Part shown: positions 35,769 to 48,672 of the stretch, in pieces | Position numbering within the stretch: the first letter of the stretch is position 1 | How the letters are laid out: every line of letters starts with the position of its first letter | Assembly (NCBI GenBank): GCA_013265495.1 | Contig: MU060784.1 | Location: 3,968,001-4,032,000, forward strand | Reading direction: 5' to 3' | Origin: Vicugna vicugna | Taxonomy: Eukaryota | DNA: 64,000 bases | Translations under genes and position numbers: made by a program | The notes under the pieces: model-generated | What the model was told of the DNA's origin: nothing | Databases searched by the model: none | What the model saw: only the letters and a program-made list of their open reading frames with translations

Positions 35769-35786
35769 GGGCAGGGGTGGGAGGGG
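35769..35786 (+). other. G-quadruplex-forming motif
   Basis: GGG-CA-GGGG-T-GGG-A-GGGG: four G-runs of at least 3 with 1-2 nt loops. Confidence 0.55.
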
Positions 35787-36668
35787 AGGAGAAGGGGCTT
35801 GGAAGGTCTTACGTATCTGGCACTGGGGCACCTGAGTGGGTGGGATGCTACTCTTAGTGGGGGGGAGCTTTCAGGGGCTCTGGCCCTAGCAGTTTCCCAC
35901 CCGCCACTCCCTTGATTTGGGTAGTGGCTTCTGCAATTGGACATTTGTGACACTCTCCTCAGCTCCTGGTGATTGTTCCTCTGTTGGGTCACCTTGACCT
36001 TCTAGGAGGTCCATTTAAAGGTAACGCTGTGTTCTCTTTCATGGGGTTTGTAGCCGCCCGGTGAGAAACCTGTGGACATCTTTGCCCCATCAAACACTGA
36101 GAAGGCTGGCTGCTGCCTTTGTTATCTTGCCTTTTTGCCACCAGGCAGGACACTCCAGCCAGCCTCTTACTTTTAACATTTGAGGGCCAAGTCACGTGTC
36201 AGTCCTGCAGTCTTTGGGGAACAAATGACAAACTCTTCAAGTTCTTCTCTTGAATAATCCTTCACTTGGCATAAGGTGGGGGTTGGGGAGAAGCACCCCC
36301 CTTCTCTTTGTCCATTGTGGGGACGACTCTTGGGGCACCAACAACTCTCTTCAAAGAAAATCCCAGCTACCTCTCCTGATGAACTTGTACATTGCTTTTT
36401 ACATTGTTAGGAGGTGGGTGATGGGCTCCCCTTGGGGGAACAATATTTTTGGTCACCCCCTGGCAAGTCTTGCAGGATGGCCTTGGTATCTGTTTTCTAA
36501 GCTTTTGGGGGCATGCTCCATACTCAGGAATGGGAAGGGTCCCATCTGATCACTGTTTTACCAGGGTAGGGTTAAGTGTTCACAAAGATGGGGCTGTACA
36601 CAGAATTCTTTCAGGGCCCTTCTGTTGCCCTGGACCATGTAAATGCCCCAGATTCCTTAATACAAGTC

Positions 36669-36794
36669 ATTTTTTGGTGGAGTGTAGGTAATTAGGTTAA
36701 TTTGTTTATTTATTTTTTTAATGGCAATTCTGGGGATTGAACCGAGGACCTCGTGCATGCTCAGCACACACTCTACCACTGAGCTTATACCCCC
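36669..36794 (-). mobile_element. Camelid-type SINE (Vic-1-like)
   Basis: Same family. TSD ttccttaatacaagtc / ttccttaatataaatc (14/16). Confidence 0.85.
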
Positions 36795-37302
36795 TTCCTT
36801 AATATAAATCTTAAAACTCTCAGTCCCAACTAATCCCTGACCAAGTTGTTAGACAAAGCCAATCTAGTTCAAGGAAATCACTTAAAGCAAATGCAAAACC
36901 AGTGCAGTTAAAAGAGAAGGAAAATTCACGAGGGGAAAAAAATCCAAGAGAATTTCAGCATAGAGTTGTTGGTGGATGAAACCGACCTTCTTTCCTGTTG
37001 TAGCCATCCTGTGTGGGCTGGGGGCAAGGAGTGGGGAGCTCCAGAGAAATCTGAGGCACTATTTCTTTCCCTGAGGGGTTTTCTTTTGCTTTCCCTTGTA
37101 GTTTGAAGTACCTTTCCCTTCTATTAACACTGGGTCATCGCCAGTGTGACTCAGGTATTCTCTGTAAGCTTGTAACCAGGATGGCACATGTACCAAAATG
37201 ATTCCCAATTTAAAGGGTATGTGGGAAAAACCCCAACCCTACCACATAGTTATTATCTCAGCATCTTTTAGAGAGTCAGTGCCATTCCCTCAGCCTCTAC
37301 AA

Positions 37303-37321
37303 TGACCAGTAGGGGGCAGTG
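37303..37321 (+). promoter_or_regulatory. CTCF motif (TGACCAGTAGGGGGCAGTG)
   Basis: All 19 positions fit the preferred bases of the core CTCF consensus. Confidence 0.75.
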
Positions 37322-38752
37322 CAGGGTGAGATTCCCAGCAGTACCCCCACCTCTCTACCAAGTTATTGGAACATAAAGTATGGAATATAGCACACTTATT
37401 TTGGCAACAATAGTATACTTTCAGCTATGATAATTCTTGCTGAGAGATTATCTGTAAATTTAAGATCTCAGTTGCCCTTGAGTGATTAGCTCAAGAAGGA
37501 AGTTTTGGCTTGAAGGATATGGGATGCATTCTGACTGGTGTTGGAAGGATGTGAAGCAGTGGGCCCTAGTGATTGTCCCTGGAAGGATGGTTCAGACATG
37601 ACCATTGGGGGACCATGATGCGTTTGGCTGGGGCGCTGAGGAAGGATCTGGCAGCCTTAGATTGGAGGATGTGAGGGAGCCAGAGACTTGAAAGCTGAGG
37701 GTTTTAAAACCTCAGGAAGCAGCTATCTTCTGTGCCTGACTTTATTGGATACTATGAACTTGGGCAATTGAACTTAAAGCCAGCAGCAAGTTTATTATAA
37801 AATCGAATGAAGGGACAAATAGTTCTTTTTGTTAAGGAAGGGAAATTGAGGGAAGAGTGGGGAGTAAAGAGAAAACAATCACAGATTTTAAGAGTCACAG
37901 ATAGTAAAACAAAAATCCAAGGCAGATTTAGAAACTGGGGCTTTTAAAATTTAAAACAAAATTATTTTTCAATGAAGGAATACATTTAGGCAATTCAAAC
38001 GAAGTATGAAGAGGTTGATGATGAGAAGTCCCCCACCCCTTTCTGCGTGGTACCTGTTTCCCCTTCCCATGGCTTTCTAGAGAGATTTCATGCATGTATA
38101 CAAATTATGCATCATTCTGGCTTTTGTTTTTAATAGGACTATAACTTGGAGATAATTCCTTTTTAGTCCCAAAGTGTTCCCTCGTTCTTTTTAATTGCTG
38201 TAAAATATTTCATCGTCTGTCTGCTAGACATCTGGGTTCTTTTCAGTCATTTCCTCCTACAGACAAGGATTTGTTGGACATCCTTAGACAGGAAGCCGGA
38301 GCTCTGGGGAAAAACTGAAGTTCTCCACAGGAGCCAATTCAGTATCAGGCTGCTTTGGGGGGCTACTAGGGAGGGTACATTCACAGGGGGAGACAAGGAC
38401 CCCCAACGTTCCTTATACCCACCAACCCAAGGTTGTAAAGTCTGTGAATTTGGATCTCAGATCTACTCTGAGACCATTTATAATCTTTATGAAGTCTTAC
38501 TTATACCATGGTCTTCCTGTATAGATCCCAAGGAACTTTCTGATTTTCATCCTGTTCCTTTGTCTCCTCTAGGCCTCAGTTTATTCATCCGTAAAATCAG
38601 TAAAGTAGACTATAAGATGTTCTCCAACTTTTTTTTTTTTAAGCCACAGCACTTTTATTTTTTATTTTGTTCACCAGAAGAAATTTAGGAGGAACTGTAA
38701 TAAATATTCCTGGTAAAAGCAAGAAATGGTACGATTTCTTAGTTTCTTCATT

Positions 38753-38818
38753 CTTTCTTTTTTTTTTAATTGAAGTATAGTCAGTTACAGTGTGTCAATT
38801 TCTGGTGTACAGCATAAT
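38753..38818 (-). mobile_element. Extremely truncated (66 bp) L1 3' end
   Basis: aattgaagtatagtcagttacagtgtgtcaatttctggtgtacagcata, with 10-bp TSD tttcttcatt (38743-38752 / 38819-38828). Confidence 0.8.
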
Positions 38819-40013
38819 TTTCTTCATTAATTCTTGGCAAATGGTTTTCTGTGGAACGCCTGAAGTACCTCTGAGAAGCTGTGGGCATCGATGGAGGGTT
38901 GGATGAAAAGAAACAGACACCAGCATGAAAGGTTTTCTGCTCATACCTGTGACAACATTATAGTAGTGGCTGGTTACCTTGATTCATAGGGGCACAGGAC
39001 TCTGTTGAGATTCTACCATCTACCAGCTTCTATATAAATTATGATATTAGATGGATTGTCCCAAAGGGAAATGCCAGAGACCCCGAACATGAAAAGTAGG
39101 TCTGGGTGGTGGTGGTGGTGGGGAGGTGGGTGGGAAGGAAAGAAAAAAAATGCAAGAACTAGGGAGACAAATAAAAGACATTCACATGACCTTAGATTAA
39201 TGAATGGAGCAGTAAGAATCTTTTGTGAGCTGATTCCTGAATGTGGGCGGCTCTGAGATGGAAAGGGACCATACGTAGGAGGCAGAGAGATTAAGATGCT
39301 TACAATTTAGTTGAGATGTTAAGAATATGATACCGTTTAGATGTTGATATTTTTCAGCAACACAAATAACTTCGTCTTGGGATTGTAGACAGGTTGGAAA
39401 GATTCTGAACATGGTATGGTTAAATAGCCTGGTGGAAGCATGTTTCAGTCTTATCTTCTGGAGGAAGAGTCATGATGGGGATGTGTCTGTCATGTTGGAG
39501 GCAGACTGAACCATCATTGCTAGCCTGGGGATTTGACATCATTCACCTCTTTGAAATGTCCTCTGTGGGACTGCAGTGTCTGGGGAAATTTGGCTGTGGT
39601 AGGCAGAGTTCATTGGAGATTTAGCCCTCAGAATACTTCAGAGTGAATACTTGTGGCCCTAGTCCATTGAATGATAAAAGGGGAACCACAGAAGCGATTG
39701 GATTTGTGAGTCATGTCTGAAAGTCCCTTGGCAGCCTCACTTCCCTCCTAATCATAGCAAAGTGTCCCCCATATCTAAGTTTAGAAAGACTCCCAGCATT
39801 AATAAGCTAAGTGTCTATCCTTTTTTAAAAAAACTTATGAAATGGGGATAATTATAGCATATAATAATAAAATCAGGGTTCTGTGTGCTTGTAATTTTAA
39901 TATTTTGTTAGCATTGCCACTTCCTCTCCCTTCCTATAAGATTTACTATCTCAGCGTTTGAAGACTCTTGAGTTTAATATAAGTCAGAAGACGGAATGGG
40001 AAACACAAGGGGT

Positions 40014-40014
40014 T

Positions 40015-40045
<31 letters not shown>

Positions 40046-40051
40046 GTGTGT
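40014..40051. repeat. (GT)n microsatellite, interrupted
   Basis: Direct reading. Confidence 0.9.
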
Positions 40052-40229
40052 AGCATGCAGAAAAGGAGTTATAGCCTCAAACTTTATTCAGGGTTTCCTG
40101 AGTTTATAAAGATAGCAGTAACAAAGCTTGATGGTTCAAATATTCTGTCTCTTGACCTTTAATACCATTTGGAATTATAAGAGATGCTGGAATGCTTTTT
40201 TTCCCCCCTGCAGATATCTGGGAAATTTT

Positions 40230-40750
40230 GTGGATTTTCAGAGTAGGAATGAAAATCTCTGTTTTCTGAACTGTCTGATATTTGCTAGAAGCCATCCTAT
40301 CCAAGAAATGCTTCATCACAGTGCAGGGATTTCTGAAGTCTTGATTAAAATGAATTTGTGTAGACAAATGACAGATAGCAGGAGAATGCAACCTGCCCTG
40401 AAAAGTCATAGTTGGCCAGTCAGCCTCTGAACTTAAGAACAGAGAACTGACAAGGCCAAGGGTAATGGTCCGATCTCCTCGGAGGCTATTAATGGGTTTC
40501 CCAACCCCCAAAAGAGATTGTTGCTACTGGTCCCAGATGGGTAGGTTCAGTGAAAACCTCATCATTCCCATTGACAATCTGGTTCAGAATCGTTAGTAGT
40601 GTTGGGTCAGTGATGTCGACTCTGTACAACAAGGAGAAAACACTGTTGTTGAAGAGACACAGCTGGTCAGATGGCTTACAAATTCTGTCTAATTTGAGAA
40701 GTGTCTTAGAATGGTTACGATAATTTTGAACAAACAAATCAAGTGTTTTT
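40230..40750 (+). mobile_element. Possible ancient CR1/L3 LINE reverse-transcriptase relic
   Basis: Degenerate motifs in CR1 order across frames: DFQSR..C.LN.LIF, RVMV, INGFP, DVDS, EETQL, LNKQIKC. Similarity is weak and spacing only roughly right. Confidence 0.35.
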
Positions 40751-41269
40751 TTGACTTGATACCTGTCCACTTATGCATCCTGACCATTGGCAAGTGCAGG
40801 ATTGGTACCCAGTTGTGGCTGATAAAGGATAATAATCCACATCTTATGAACAGAGAAGAGAGTAACTTCCTTTTTTTTCTCTGAAGATAGTGAAAAATCT
40901 GAATCTTTAAAAGGAATTCTTTGATAAAGAGATTTTAAACACCTAGAAGAGTAGGGATGTTTATATATATGTAATTATATATAAAATTTAAAAAGTCCTG
41001 TCCCTCCTCTTATTCCCTCAGTGGTGGTTCTTTGGGCAGAGTGGACACTACTAAGTGTGATTGACAAAATGATGTTCTAGCTGTCACTATTTGAAATGTA
41101 TTGTCTGTAAAGGTCTCAAAAGGAGCTGTGATGATGGGGACAGTATTATAAAGGGTATGTGGATTTTGAAAGGACATAGGGAACTTTGAGAGTGTAGGAG
41201 AGGCAAAAGCATCCTGGAAATGCTAGGAAAAAAGACCCTGGACCAATTTGATCGTGCTCTCTCTTCATC

Positions 41270-41450
41270 CCTCAGCTGTGTGATTGTGGGAAAGTTGCTT
41301 ACACTCTCTGTACTTTAGTTTCTTCATCTGTAAAACTGGAAGAATAATGTATCTGCAATACAGGGTTGTTTCAAGAATGAAATGAGCTAACATAGAACTT
41401 TGAATAATGATTAGCAATAGTAAGTGCTCAACAAATGTTAACAATTACCA
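41270..41450 (+). mobile_element. MIR
   Basis: gtgtgattgtgggaaagttgcttacactctctg...tcatctgtaaaactgga...gtgctcaacaaatgtta. Confidence 0.75.
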
Positions 41451-42019
41451 CCGCTTTCATTAAAGATCTTGGGGGAAAGGATAGATTAGCTTCCCTCCTC
41501 CCCTGAAATGTAAAATATTTGACTAACAAGCTTTAAATATAACATTCTTTTAACTTTAGGGAGAGAGAGTTTTGTGAGCCTTCCAGCATAGTGATTTGCA
41601 AAGGTGGAGTCTGTCATGCTTTCCCCCCACCTCAGCTTCAGCTGCTTTTATGTCTTTCAGACTCCTTGGGACATGAGTGTTTGACGCTCTGTAGAAGGGA
41701 GGTGAGACCCGTGAGGCAGTGATTTAGTGGAAAGTGTCCCAACTGTGGAGCAGACACTTGTGTTCACTTCTGCCTCTGTGACTTACTGTCCCTGTGAGCC
41801 ATGGCACTCACTCACTTCTTATATGTCAAATGGTACCTAGTAAAGTGGATGTGAAAAATATTCTATAGGGTTTAAAGAAAAAAAACCACATGGAATTATA
41901 ATTAAATAAGACTGGTAATGAAAGAGGTATGACTTTCCATACATGCAGTAGAATATTGTCTCATTAAAATGTTCGTCGTGAGAGGCAAATGACAGCCATA
42001 ATGCTCAAAATAACCTGGA

Positions 42020-42420
42020 GATCATCATTCTAAGTGATGTAAGCCAGAAAGAGAAAGAAAAATACCATATGATACCACTTATATGTGGAATCTAAAAAAA
42101 AGGACACAAATGAACTTATTTACAAAACAGAGACAGACTCACAGACATAGAAAACAAGCTTACAGTTACCAGAGGGGAAAGGAATAAACAGGAATAAACT
42201 GTTAGGATTTACAGATACTAACTACTATATATAAAATAGATAAACAACAAGGTCCTACTGTATGGCACAGGGAACTGTATTCAGTACCTTGTAATGCCCT
42301 ATAGTGGAAAAGAATATGATAAGAAATATATATATATATTCATGTATACATGAATCACTATGCTGTACACTGGAAGTTCATACAATGTTGTAAATTGACT
42401 ATAATTCAATACACAAATAA
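42020..42420 (+). mobile_element. Cetartiodactyl-type L1 3' end
   Basis: gagatcatcattctaagtgatgtaagccagaaagagaaag...caaggtcctactgtatggcacaggg...gtaaattgactata. Confidence 0.85.
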
Positions 42421-42439
42421 CTTGGTGCACCTTTTAGAC

Positions 42440-43170
42440 CTGTCTTCAGATTTATGGATGAAAACCAGTCTCATAACTTTATATCATACTTTTAAACCTT
42501 TTAATTTAAAAAACTTTTCAGTTTAAAATAATTTCAGACTCACAAAAGGTTGCAAGAATAGTTCAAAGAATTTTCACATGCTGTCCATCCAAATTCCAAA
42601 TATCAATATCTTACATAACCACAGTATATTCATCAAAAGCAGGAAATTAACATTAACTTAACATTATTATCTGATCTACACACCTTATTCAAATTTCACA
42701 AACTGTCCTACTCATATCTTTTTTCTGGTCCGGAATCCAATTCAGGGCCATATACTGCATTTGGTTGTATGGCTTTAATTTCCTTTAATCTGGAACATTT
42801 CCTTAGTCTTTGTCCTGTCTGGTCTTGACACTTTTGAAGAGAGTTGCAATTGTTTTATAGATTTTCCCTCAGTTTGGGCTTATCTCATGATTCCTCATCA
42901 TTGAATTGAAGTGGATTTTTGTGGATTTCTGGCAAGAATACCGTAGGCACGATGCTGTGGCCTTCTCAGTGCATCGTATCTGGAGGCACACGGTGTCGGT
43001 TTGTCTCGTTGCCCATGACCGTACCACCTTTGCTTACTTGGTTGAGGTGGTGTCTGCTAGGCTTCACCACTGTGAAGTTACTACTTCCCCCTTTGTAAAT
43101 AAGTCTCCTGTAGGGAGATGCTTTCAGACTATGTAAATATCCCCCTTCTCATTCATTATCTAATTTTAGC
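42440..43170 (-). mobile_element. Old L1 (L1MC4/5-like) 3' region
   Basis: ctggcaagaataccgtaggcacgatgctgtggccttctcagtgcatcgtatctggaggcac...cttggttgaggtggtgtctgc. Confidence 0.7.
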
Positions 43171-43172
43171 AT

Positions 43173-43675
43173 TGTATTTACCTCCAGAGAAATGGAAACA
43201 GTAGGATATGTGTGTGTGTGCATGCATGTGTGTGCATGTGTATATGTATTTACACGTATTCATTATGAGAAATTGGCTCCCATGATTGTGGAGGCTGAGA
43301 AGTCCTGTCATCCGCCTTCTGCGAGCTGGCGACCCAGGAAAGTGGGTGATACAATTCCAGTCTTGAGTCCAGAGGCCTGAGAAGCAGGGGAGCTGATGAT
43401 GTAAATCCCGGTTCAAGAGCAAGAGAAGACCAAAGGCTCAGGTAGCCGGGCAGGAAGGCAAAGGGCTGAGTTCCTCCTTCCTCTGCCTTTTTGTTCTGCT
43501 CAGGCTCTCAGGGGATTGCCTGACACCCACCCACATTGGAGAAGAACATCTGCTCTACTGAGTTCACCCATCACATGCTGATTTCATCCTCAAACACGGC
43601 ACAGTGGCCCAGAGATGATGTTTAATCTGACACCTCATGGTACAGTCAAGTTGATGCATAAAATTAGCCTTCTCA
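43173..43675. mobile_element. MLT2B-like ERVL LTR
   Basis: aattggctcccatgattgtggaggctgagaagtcc...cagtcaagttgatgcataaaattagcc; contains a (GT)-rich tract at about 43208-43250. Confidence 0.85.
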
Positions 43676-44189
43676 GCACCTTTCTACAATTCTTGCCTGG
43701 AACAGCGATTACTTAGGTTTTGGCTGAATGGTCACATTTTAAAAAAACTCCAAACCAGTGTGTCTAGATGAGCAGTTTGCACTTGAGTCAGGGTGACTGT
43801 GGGTTGTTCCCACGTTCAAATCCAATGTCAATAAGGGCTATTCTTTTCCTCCTCCCATTCCACCCTGTCCTGCTAGGTTTTACACCGCCTGTACAGGGGC
43901 TTATCAGACAGAGGAAAGCACGTGTTATTTGGAGACAGTTTTGGATTTGAGTCCTACACCCACCACATGCTAATTGGGTAACCCATTCAGGTAACTTCAC
44001 CTCTGAGTTTCAGGTGCCTCATAAGTGAAAAGAGTGTTTTACTTCACAGATTTTTTAAAGAATATATAAAATACCATGTATAAAATTTTCTACGTCAAGC
44101 ATGATGTGGAGCTCTTTAATGAATGTTAGCTCCTTTTTCCCCCCTTTTTCCAATGAAAGCAATCAGAAAGCCAGGGTAAATACAAAGGC

Positions 44190-44280
44190 TGATTCTTTAT
44201 TTCATTAGTTTGGATTGGAGCCAGCTTAAAAAAAATCTCTTCAGGTGATTCTAATGTGCATCCAGGGTTGAGAACCACTG
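44190..44280. mobile_element. MER5A fragment
   Basis: caggtgattctaatgtgcatccagggttgagaaccactg. Confidence 0.7.
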
Positions 44281-44699
44281 AATTTGGTGCTCACTTTAGA
44301 TCTTACTAATTTAAAATTCTAAGATAAAAGAAAACTGACTATATCTTTACTTTTTTAATTTTAACATGGTATGATTAAAGATACAATAAAAATAATAAAA
44401 TATTGTATAAAGGGGACATTTTTGTGAAAAGGGGTGATTTGAGGTATTGGTCCATTCATCCACTTAGGTAATCGGTGGTTTCTTGAGCCCCTCTGTTCAG
44501 AGATTGTGTTACTCTGGGCATATACAGATGACACGGGCAGCTGTTACAGCACAGTGCAGTGTGATGCAAGCTGTAATGGAGGCAGGTACTGTAGTCTAAA
44601 ATACGTCATGAATACTATGCCTGGTGTTTGCCGTGCAAAGGAGTTCAGCTCTTATTTCATCAGTGTTTGACAACTTATGAAGAATATTGAGTGGGTGGG

Positions 44700-45110
44700 G
44701 GCGGATCACGATTATGTCAGAAATATTACTCTTGTGTGTTTGGAAAGGGTGAGCAAGGTGAGAGGGTTATCAGGAGAGAGATGAAGGAGGGCGAGGGAGG
44801 GGAGAGAGACTAAGTGCTTAATGCTGGGATATGGCAGTGGGGATGAAAATGAGGCGCTGGACTTGTGAGATGTGTTGGAGTTGGAATGACAGGAATTGAA
44901 CACCAATTATGTGAGGAGGAAGCTTCAATGATTTCCAGGTGCCTGGGTAGATGGTGTCACCATTCACTGAACTAGGGGAAGGGCAAGGTTGTGGATGGGG
45001 ATCTGGTGAGTGCAGTTGTGAATCTGGTATGCAGTGAGGCATTTGGGAACATGTTATCTCACTAGATGGTAGTTGATAAATGGATCTGGAACTTGGGGAA
45101 GGAATCTCCA
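44700..45110 (+). mobile_element. L2 fragment
   Basis: gatttccaggtgcctgggtagatggtgtcaccattcactgaactagggga...gtagttgataaatggatctggaac. Confidence 0.65.
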
Positions 45111-45120
45111 TTAAAGATAA

Positions 45121-45245
45121 AGAATATGAAAATGAATATATATATATGTTCATGTATGACTGAAGCATTATGCTGTACACCAGAAATTGACACAACATTG
45201 TAAATTGACTATACTTCAATAAAAATATATATATATACAAAAAAA
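45121..45245 (+). mobile_element. Short L1 3' end
   Basis: ttatgctgtacaccagaaattgacacaacattgtaaattgactatacttcaataaaa. Confidence 0.8.
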
Positions 45246-45594
45246 TGAAAGTATGCTTAAGGACTTAGCTGAAAAAAAAAAAGATGAGGAACTACGCAGC
45301 TGGTGTCTGTTGTCACAGGTACGGATGAAGTTGTGCATACAGAACACGTAGAATAAAAGAGATGTCAGGGACGGAGCTCAGAAATCATTCGTGTTGAGAG
45401 CAAGGTGGGTGAAAAACAGGTTGCAAACTTCCCCCCCTTTCAAGAAAACTTCCCTGACTAATTCCACACCATTCTGTTCCCTCAGCACACCAAGAGTATT
45501 GAATGACATCCTCTCTGAGCTGGAAGTCACCTTGTAGGTCATTGAACCCAGGCCTTACTGAACAGGTGAGGAAATTAAGGCCCAGAAAAGTCAT

Positions 45595-45965
45595 TACTTG
45601 CCTGAGGCCAAAATACCACAGACTCTTTGGCTTAAACAACAGAAACTTATTTTCTCACAGTTCTGGAGGCTGTGAGTTCAAGATCAAGGTTCTGGCGGGG
45701 TTTGGTTTCCAGTGGGAATTTTCTTCCTGCCTTGCAGAAGGTGGCTTTGGCCTCATGTTGTCTTTCCTGTGCGCACACATGCTGGGAGAGAGTGAGTGAG
45801 CTTGATCTCTGGTCTCTTCTTATAAGGACACTAATCCTTTTAGATCAGGGTTCCACCCTTATAACCTCTTAACCTTAGTTACTTCCCTACGTCACATACA
45901 GCCATGCTGGGGGTTAGGACTTCACCACGGGGATTTTAGAGGGGGCACAAACCTTCAGTCCATAA
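45595..45965. mobile_element. MLT1A-like MaLR LTR
   Basis: ggcttaaacaacagaaacttattttctcacagttctggaggctg...ttataaggacactaatcc...tgggggttaggacttca...ttcagtccataa. Confidence 0.85.
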
Positions 45966-46808
45966 TATCAGCCAAGGTCAAGTTTGTTTTGCTTGCAAAT
46001 TAGAAGTTTCAGTTGAAACACCCAAACCTAAATTTGCCATTTTTACTTTTTCCTTCTGAAATCCAAACTCCAAAATGAAATTTGTTTTCGTTTTGCATCT
46101 TGTTCTGCAAGACTGGCTTTATCCATGGTTGAAATAGTAGCCTACTTAATAAAAAATGAGGATCTCTTGAACAGCATTAATTCTGCCTCTTCTCTTGCAT
46201 CTCTGGCTTCCCTGGCATTTCTTAAGCCAGCCTGTCAGTCAAGCAGGTGACTGGGGACTCTCTGATGTCATTCTCCACACTGATGTCAGACGCCAACTTG
46301 GGGCTGACTGGGTGGAAAAATGACCAGCTTGGCTCTTAAAAGTTATGGCTCCATGTTGCAAGAAGTTGGCAATTTTCATCTGGCTTTTTTCTTTTTATGG
46401 CTTGTTCCACAGTCTGGAGAACATACACAGCTGCCTGGCAGTTCTGCTCCTAAAACTGTGGCACTCACGATCAAAGGCTCTTACTCTGCCTGCCGCTCCA
46501 GACAGGACAATGGCAAATAGTATTAAGCCAAGCCCTGCCCCCAAGGGTCTCTGCACTAGAAGTCTGCATGGAACTTATCAGAGGCGAAATCTGCCTAAAA
46601 CTGTCCCCAGGATAAGGCTTTTCTCAAACAAGCAGCCCTTCGTGCCACATGTATATGTAAGGAGTTACCAACCAAAAAGGTGAATATAAATATTGCCCTA
46701 AAAGACTGTTGGTTCGTGCTCATTTCATTTTTTATTCTGCCCCAGTATTCCCCTAACACCTGGAAGTCACTCAGTATGAAGCAAACCACAGCCCTTTCCA
46801 GAACTGTT

Positions 46809-46835
46809 TGTGTGTGTGTGTGTGTATGTGTGTGT
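46809..46835. repeat. (GT)n microsatellite
   Basis: Direct reading. Confidence 0.9.
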
Positions 46836-48672
46836 TTTCAACTGCAGATGTCTGGGAAACAGTAAACTCTTGTTTTGAAGCCTTTTAAAATCGAGATTTT
46901 GATTCCAAGCAATTGAAAATTGTTCCTGTTTATGCTTCTTATTGGTGATAGTTTAACTAGCTGGATTTTGTTTTCTCTGGATTATGGTTTTTTATGATTT
47001 TCCTTTAGGAGTTTACCAGTCCCTGGAGCTCACTGGTAGCAGAGGAAAAAAGTGTCCAGAGAAATTGAATTTCTTTTATGTCCACGGAAAAAGTGGCCAC
47101 TTGCCATTACAGGATAAAACTAGGGCTTTCTTCCCAGGGATTCGTGGATTAGTAAAATCTGAGCAATATTAATGCCTTTTTTTTTCTTTTGCAAATTTAG
47201 AGTATACACTTTGCAAAGCATCTATAAAACCAAGTCGAGGCAGCCGCTTATTTCTGGCATTTGTTATGGGGTAATTATCCTAATAGTTCTTTACTCTTGT
47301 AATTTAGCAGAAGGGCTATTTTACTTACTCTTGAGTTGCTTGGGCAAGCATGACTAATGGTTACCCAAGTATAGATCATTTATTAAAATGTCTAAATCCC
47401 TTTTTTTTTTGTTAGTCTAACAGGTAGTTGCTACCATCCCACATCGTTTTCACCGATTCTTCCTACCCCTACCAGCTAAAACCACCCGAGCAGTTATTGG
47501 GAATTCACTGTGTGTACATTCCTGGGTGCTGGGATGAGGGCTGAAGGAATGGTGTGATGAAGAAAATATTTAGAAATTAAGGGCACATGTTTGTAGTTGG
47601 TCTAGACAGTGGGTGGTACAAAGTAGGTGGAAACCAAAAGGCGGACAGGGTAGGCTTTGCCAGCGCGTGTTCCTGACACGAGAGTGTAGGCTCTACATGG
47701 ATCATGTGGAGCAGATGGTGGGAGGTGAGAATTCTAGGCTGGAAGATGGCTGAGAAGAGTTGTGAATGGAAAAGCCAGGTGGGTAAGAAAACTCACTGTT
47801 GGACAGTCGTATGTTCTGGGAATTGTGCAGTCATTTACAGAGTATCTTTAAAAATTGAACCTCTCTATTAATTTACAGCATGGTAGGAGGTTTTATGTCT
47901 TTGTTTCAGAGGAGGAACCTTAGGCTGAGGAAGTCACACAAAGAGTGCATGTTGGAGTTAATAATAAAACTCAGGTTCACTCCAAGGAGTGACAGTGAGC
48001 AAGACGAGCTCGGGAGGGATTTTCCTGCCTGGAAGGGAGGGGCCTCTACAGGGTGGCGCGGAAGATGAAGTCTCGTACCTGGGGAGCAGGCAAGAGGATT
48101 TCTAGCTCATGGGAAAGACAACTGAAGCTCCTATAGATCCTTGAACGGGGGAAGGATGTGGCGGGAACGAAGGTAGGGAAGTGCTGCCCGGGGACCTTGA
48201 GTACCTTTCACAGGGGACCAGGCACCGTTGGAGTGATGCCTCAATACCCCGACTTGCAAACTGCCTTCCTGGCTGGCCCAGGCTCCCGCATTCTAACAGG
48301 TCCTCTCTCAGCAGTGAGAACGGGCTTTCCCAAGTGTTATTTGGAGCCCCTTTCCTCTCTTAGAACAGTGCTCAGGACCCCAGTTCCATGCCTTCCTACT
48401 TGTAACTCCTGCCTCTTGTTCCCTAGCTGCCTCTTCTTTTGCACCTTGCCCCACCCTTTCCTTTCCAGCTCAGCATGCGTCCACCCTCCTGTTGGCGCAG
48501 CTTTTGCATTCTCCCCAGTTTCTTTCTCTCTTCAGTTCAGTGAATTTGACCTCTCCTGTCAAGTCTTTCTAGACAGAATCGACTTCACTTTGAGGGGGCG
48601 TTTTTAACAGGCCTCTCAGTGTTTGTGATATAATATTAATATATCTCTATTTTTCATAGAATCTTTATTTCT

